A program made the position numbers and the translations under genes. From Octopus sinensis (taxonomy: Eukaryota), in NCBI RefSeq assembly GCF_006345805.1, contig NC_043014.1:54622001-54686000 (forward strand): 64,000 nt of DNA, in the 5' to 3' direction. Numbering within the stretch: position 1 is the stretch's first letter; the number at the start of each line of letters is the position of its first letter. The notes under the pieces are model-generated. The model saw only the letters and a list, made by a program, of their open reading frames with translations, made no database searches and had not been told where the DNA came from. Shown one piece after another: positions 60,076 to 64,000 of the stretch.

Positions 60076-60333
60076 AGGTGTGTGTTTGTGTGTGTGTGTG
60101 TATGCATCTGTGTGTGTGAGAGTGTGAGTGTATATGTGTGTGTGTGTGTGTGTGTGTTTGTGTGTGTGTATACGCGCGTGTGTGTGCATGTGTTTGTGTG
60201 TGTGAGTGAGTGTGTATGCATGTGTGTGTGTGTGTTTGTGTATGTGTGTGTGTGTGTGTGTTGGTGTGTGTGTGTGTGTGTTTTGTGTGGTGTGTGTTTG
60301 TGTGTGTGTGTGTTGTTGTGTGTGTTGTGTGGT

Positions 60334-60365
<32 letters not shown>

Positions 60366-60380
60366 TTGTGTGTGTGTGGT

Positions 60381-60413
<33 letters not shown>

Positions 60414-60425
60414 GTTTGTGGTGTG

Positions 60426-60466
<41 letters not shown>

Positions 60467-60479
60467 TTGTGTGTGTGTG

Positions 60480-60512
<33 letters not shown>

Positions 60513-60523
60513 TGTGTGGTGTG

Positions 60524-60582
<59 letters not shown>
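60076..60582. repeat. ~500-bp interrupted (GT)n microsatellite
   Basis: Direct inspection. Confidence 0.95.
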
Positions 60583-60584
<2 letters not shown>

Positions 60585-60977
60585 TAAAGCCACACACTTC
60601 CAATAAGGGTGACATATCTTTACCTCACAGATCCATCGGAACTTGTGTCGTTCCATGCACCTATGACATTTACGGGTCTAATCAAGCAGAGAATGTGGTC
60701 AGAACATAAGCTGTGGCTCACCTGAAACACCTGTCAAGACGAGCTAATTACATGATCCCTTTCGTTTGTTTTGTATTCTTTATTTTCGTATTTTTGTATT
60801 CCATGTGAATATACTCGTCAGGTCTTCCTCCTGTTCATCTGCCCTTCTGCTTCCATACCCACTCAATGGGGGTCGTTCTTGGGACCCCGCAGTCTGCTGC
60901 CCTGGATGAAAAACTTGGAATTTAGGATCGCTTACATCTGAGCAATACTCTTTCAATATTAACACAATACATATAAA

Positions 60978-61128
60978 TACCAGCATAGCTGATCGGGTGG
61001 CAGGGGCAGTCCACCCCGGGTAGCTTATATAAAGGGTCTGCTGCAGGCATTATGTGTTTTTTGTGGCGTCTGGGGAGCAGCAAATGGAAGGGCCGCCCTG
61101 GGTCACACACACTCTAGCTACGCTAGTA
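60978..61128. mobile_element. GC-rich MITE with short TIRs
   Basis: TACCAGCATAGCT ... AGCTACGCTAGTA (13 bp, 2 mismatches); subterminal CCACCCCGGG / GCCGCCCTGGG. Confidence 0.55.
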
Positions 61129-61939
61129 CACACATACATACATACATATATACATACATGCACACATACATACATACTTATATACATGCATACATACATA
61201 CATACATAATACATACACACATGCACACATACATACATACATATATACATGCATACATATATATATGGAGGGGTGTATACACATATGTCATCTTCATCAT
61301 CCTTTAAAGTCCTTCTTCTGTGTGGGCATGGGTGGAGAGTTTGATGACAGCAGCCAGCAAGTGAGAGAGATGCACCAGACTCCGATCGTCTGTTCTGGCC
61401 TGGCTTCTATGACAGCTGGGTGCCCTTTCTAACACCAATCCCTTTACAGGGTGTACTGGGTGCTTTTTGGGTGGCGCCAGCAGCAGTGGGGGTCACTGAG
61501 TAAACAGGTAATGTTGAGGGAGTGGGGGAGGGGTTGTGCCAGGAAAGGAGAGGAGTCTGAATAAAGGGACAGAAATAGGTGTCTTGCAGTGGAGGAGATA
61601 CAGGGTTACCTCAGTTGGAAAGAGTTGGGGGAGAGATGAAGATGTGGCAGGGCCCTAACACCCAAGTATTGGGGAGGTGTATACTGGAGCAGGGATTGGG
61701 TAGGGTGAGTGGGTGGGTAAGTTTGTGATAGTGCAAAAGGAGAGTGGGAGATGGAGGGGAGAGGAATGTAGTGGTGAGCAGAGGTAGAGGGAGAGGGGGG
61801 TCTTTGGAGGTTATGTTGTGCTGAAGAGATTCAATAAGGTAGGTTTGTGGAGAAAAGTGGGAGATAGGCATGGGGGGAGGGGAAAACAGTAAGTGGTGAC
61901 CATGGGTGGAAAGAGACATACACATACACACGTGTGTGT

Positions 61940-62301
61940 GGCACATAAAAAGCACCATCCGAACGTGGCTGATGCCAGCGCCACCTCGACTGGCTTCTGT
62001 GCCGGTGGCACATAAAAAGCACCATCCGAACATGGCAGATGCCAGCACGTCCTTGGCTGGCTCCCGTGCCGGTGGCACATTAAAAACACCAACCAATCGT
62101 GGCCGATGCCAGACTCCCCTGGCACGTAAAAAGCACCCACTACGTTTGCGGAGTGGTTGGCGTTAGGAAGGGCATCCAGCTGTAGAAACACTGCCAGATC
62201 AGACTGGAGCCCGGTGCAGCCTCCAGGCTTCGCAGACCCTGGTCAAACCGTCCAACCCATGCTAGCGCGGAAAACGGACGTTAAACGATGATGATGATGA
62301 T
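61940..62301 (+). mobile_element. RTE LINE 3' UTR with A-A-truncated B array
   Basis: Boundaries at 61940, 62007, 62074, 62121, then standard tail and (TGA)n. Confidence 0.9.
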
Positions 62302-63294
62302 ATATATATAGACACACACACACGTGTATGTGTGTGTGTGTGTGTATGTGTGTGTATTGATCTGCTCTGGTATGTTGCTATGATAATGAAAAAGTGATGT
62401 TCTTTGTAGCAAAGCATTCTACAGCTACAGAAACAGTTGATGTAGCACCATCATTCTGTGGTTGCTATAGCAACAGGCTGTATTTCAGAAACCATCAAAG
62501 AAACACCAACACAGTCATTCAATCTGCTAGAAATGGCAACTAAATATTCCTTCAAACCATGCACTACCATCTTAAAAAGCAAAGTATGAATTAATCCACG
62601 TGATCCTCATCCTCCTCATCCTCTGCCCTACCACCATCACCACCATCATCATTGTCATTGTCAACGTCATCATCATCATCATCACCATTATCATCATTGT
62701 CATTGGTATCATCATCATCATCGTCATCGTCATCATATTGGCATGGATTGGATAGTTTTGAGAGGCTCCAATGAGCTGGAGAATTGCATCCAGCTCCAAT
62801 GTCTGCTTTGGCCAGCAGAGCTGGACACCCTTCATAATGCTGACCAATTTACAAAGGGCACTGGATGCATTTTTGTGGCCCTGTCACTAGGGAGGGCACT
62901 GAGTAACCTTCAAAGCAAAAATAGCCCTTCAAATGAGTGGGGTTTTAATGCCAGGTGTTAAGGGGCTAAACTATGACATGGGAGCAGGAAATGGTGTCCC
63001 CTTCCCCCCATCATAAACAAAACATCTAGAACTGAGTTGATTTGGGATGGAACGTGGGATCTAATCAATACCAACAATATTTAATGATATTAGTTAATGA
63101 GGCTTTTATGGGGTCACTTGACGAGCTGAAAACAGGGACTAAAATTTGCTCAGAATCACTCTTAAAAATGATGATGAACATATGTGAGACTGGCCAATGT
63201 TAGTGCCATTTGCCTGTCACCTGGTGGCACATAAAAAGCATTATTGGAGGCAGTGACAGGTGACTGAGACCCTTCGCAATATACTGTGCTTGTA

Positions 63295-63890
63295 AGGCAG
63301 CAAGCTGGCAGAATCATTAGCACGCCGGGCGAAATGCTTAGCGGTATTTTGTCTGTCTTTATGTTCTGAGTTCAAATTCCACTGAGGTCGACTTTGCCTT
63401 TCATCCTTTTGGGGTCAATAAATTAAGTACCAGTTATGCACTGGGGCCGATGTAATCGACTTAATACCTTTGTCTGTCCTTGTTTGTCCCCTCTGTGTTT
63501 AGCCCCTTGTGGGTAGTAAAGAAATAGGTATTTTGTCTGCCGTTACGTTTTGAGTTTAAATTCTGCTGAGGTCGACTTTGCCTTTCATCCTTTCGGGGTC
63601 GATAAATTAAGTACCAGTTATGCACTGGGGCCGATGTAATCGACTTAATACCTTTGTCTGTCCTTGTTTGTCCCCTCTGTGTTTAGCCCCTTGTGGGTAG
63701 TAAAGAAATAGGTATTTTGTCTGCCGTTACGTTTTGAGTTTAAATTCTGCTGAGGTCGACTTTGCCTTTCATCCTTTCGGGGTCGATAAATTAAGTACCA
63801 GTTGCGTACTTAGGTCGATCTAATCGACTTCCCCCCCTTCCTTCCCCAAAATTTCAGGCCTTGTGTCTAGAGTAGTAAAGAAAAGAATAT
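63295..63890 (+). mobile_element. SINE family B head followed by three head-to-tail 184-bp units
   Basis: GGTATT unit starts at 63343, 63527, 63711 (exact 184 period); third unit ends in a different tail. Confidence 0.92.
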
Positions 63891-63899
63891 ATTCTGCTT

Positions 63900-64000
63900 G
63901 TGTTGACCTGTCAAGCCAAGTGAGACCATAGTCATGTCAGGTCAATGGTACATAAAAAACCTCCACTACACTCTCATAGTGATGGGCATTAGGAAGGGCA
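63900..64000 (+). mobile_element. RTE LINE 3' fragment (runs off window)
   Basis: CAAGCCAAGTGAGACCATAG..CACTACACTCTC..GGCATTAGGAAGGGCA. Confidence 0.75.

Overview
AT-rich animal genomic DNA, dense in microsatellites and SINEs. The repeat landscape most resembles a coleoid cephalopod (Octopus-like); this is inferred from repeat style, not from a database search. There is one confident protein-coding region: a ~3.5 kb uninterrupted CDS (23459-27004, +) for a C2H2 zinc-finger protein with two paralogous finger clusters (3 and 5+1 truncated) and two Cys-periodic 10-residue repeat tracts. The rest is mostly mobile-element debris: three recurrent SINE families (A, B, D here), RTE, CR1-like and R4/Dong-like LINE 3' fragments, a Tc1/mariner fragment and MITE, TTAA-flanked piggyBac-type MITEs and a non-autonomous Helitron. 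Several isolated candidate exons and promoter motifs could not be assembled into gene models. The most interesting signal is a set of small elements embedded in (TA)n tracts that carry minimal type-I hammerhead ribozyme folds (7524, 8356, 15410; decayed at 44457, 48309) and/or long fold-back palindromes (15357, 21451, 49832), resembling Penelope-like/retrozyme-type units, two with non-canonical catalytic cores. Also notable: a 184-bp SINE-derived monomer in head-to-tail multimers, and a variable hairpin array in the RTE 3' UTR. All folds and alignments were done by eye.
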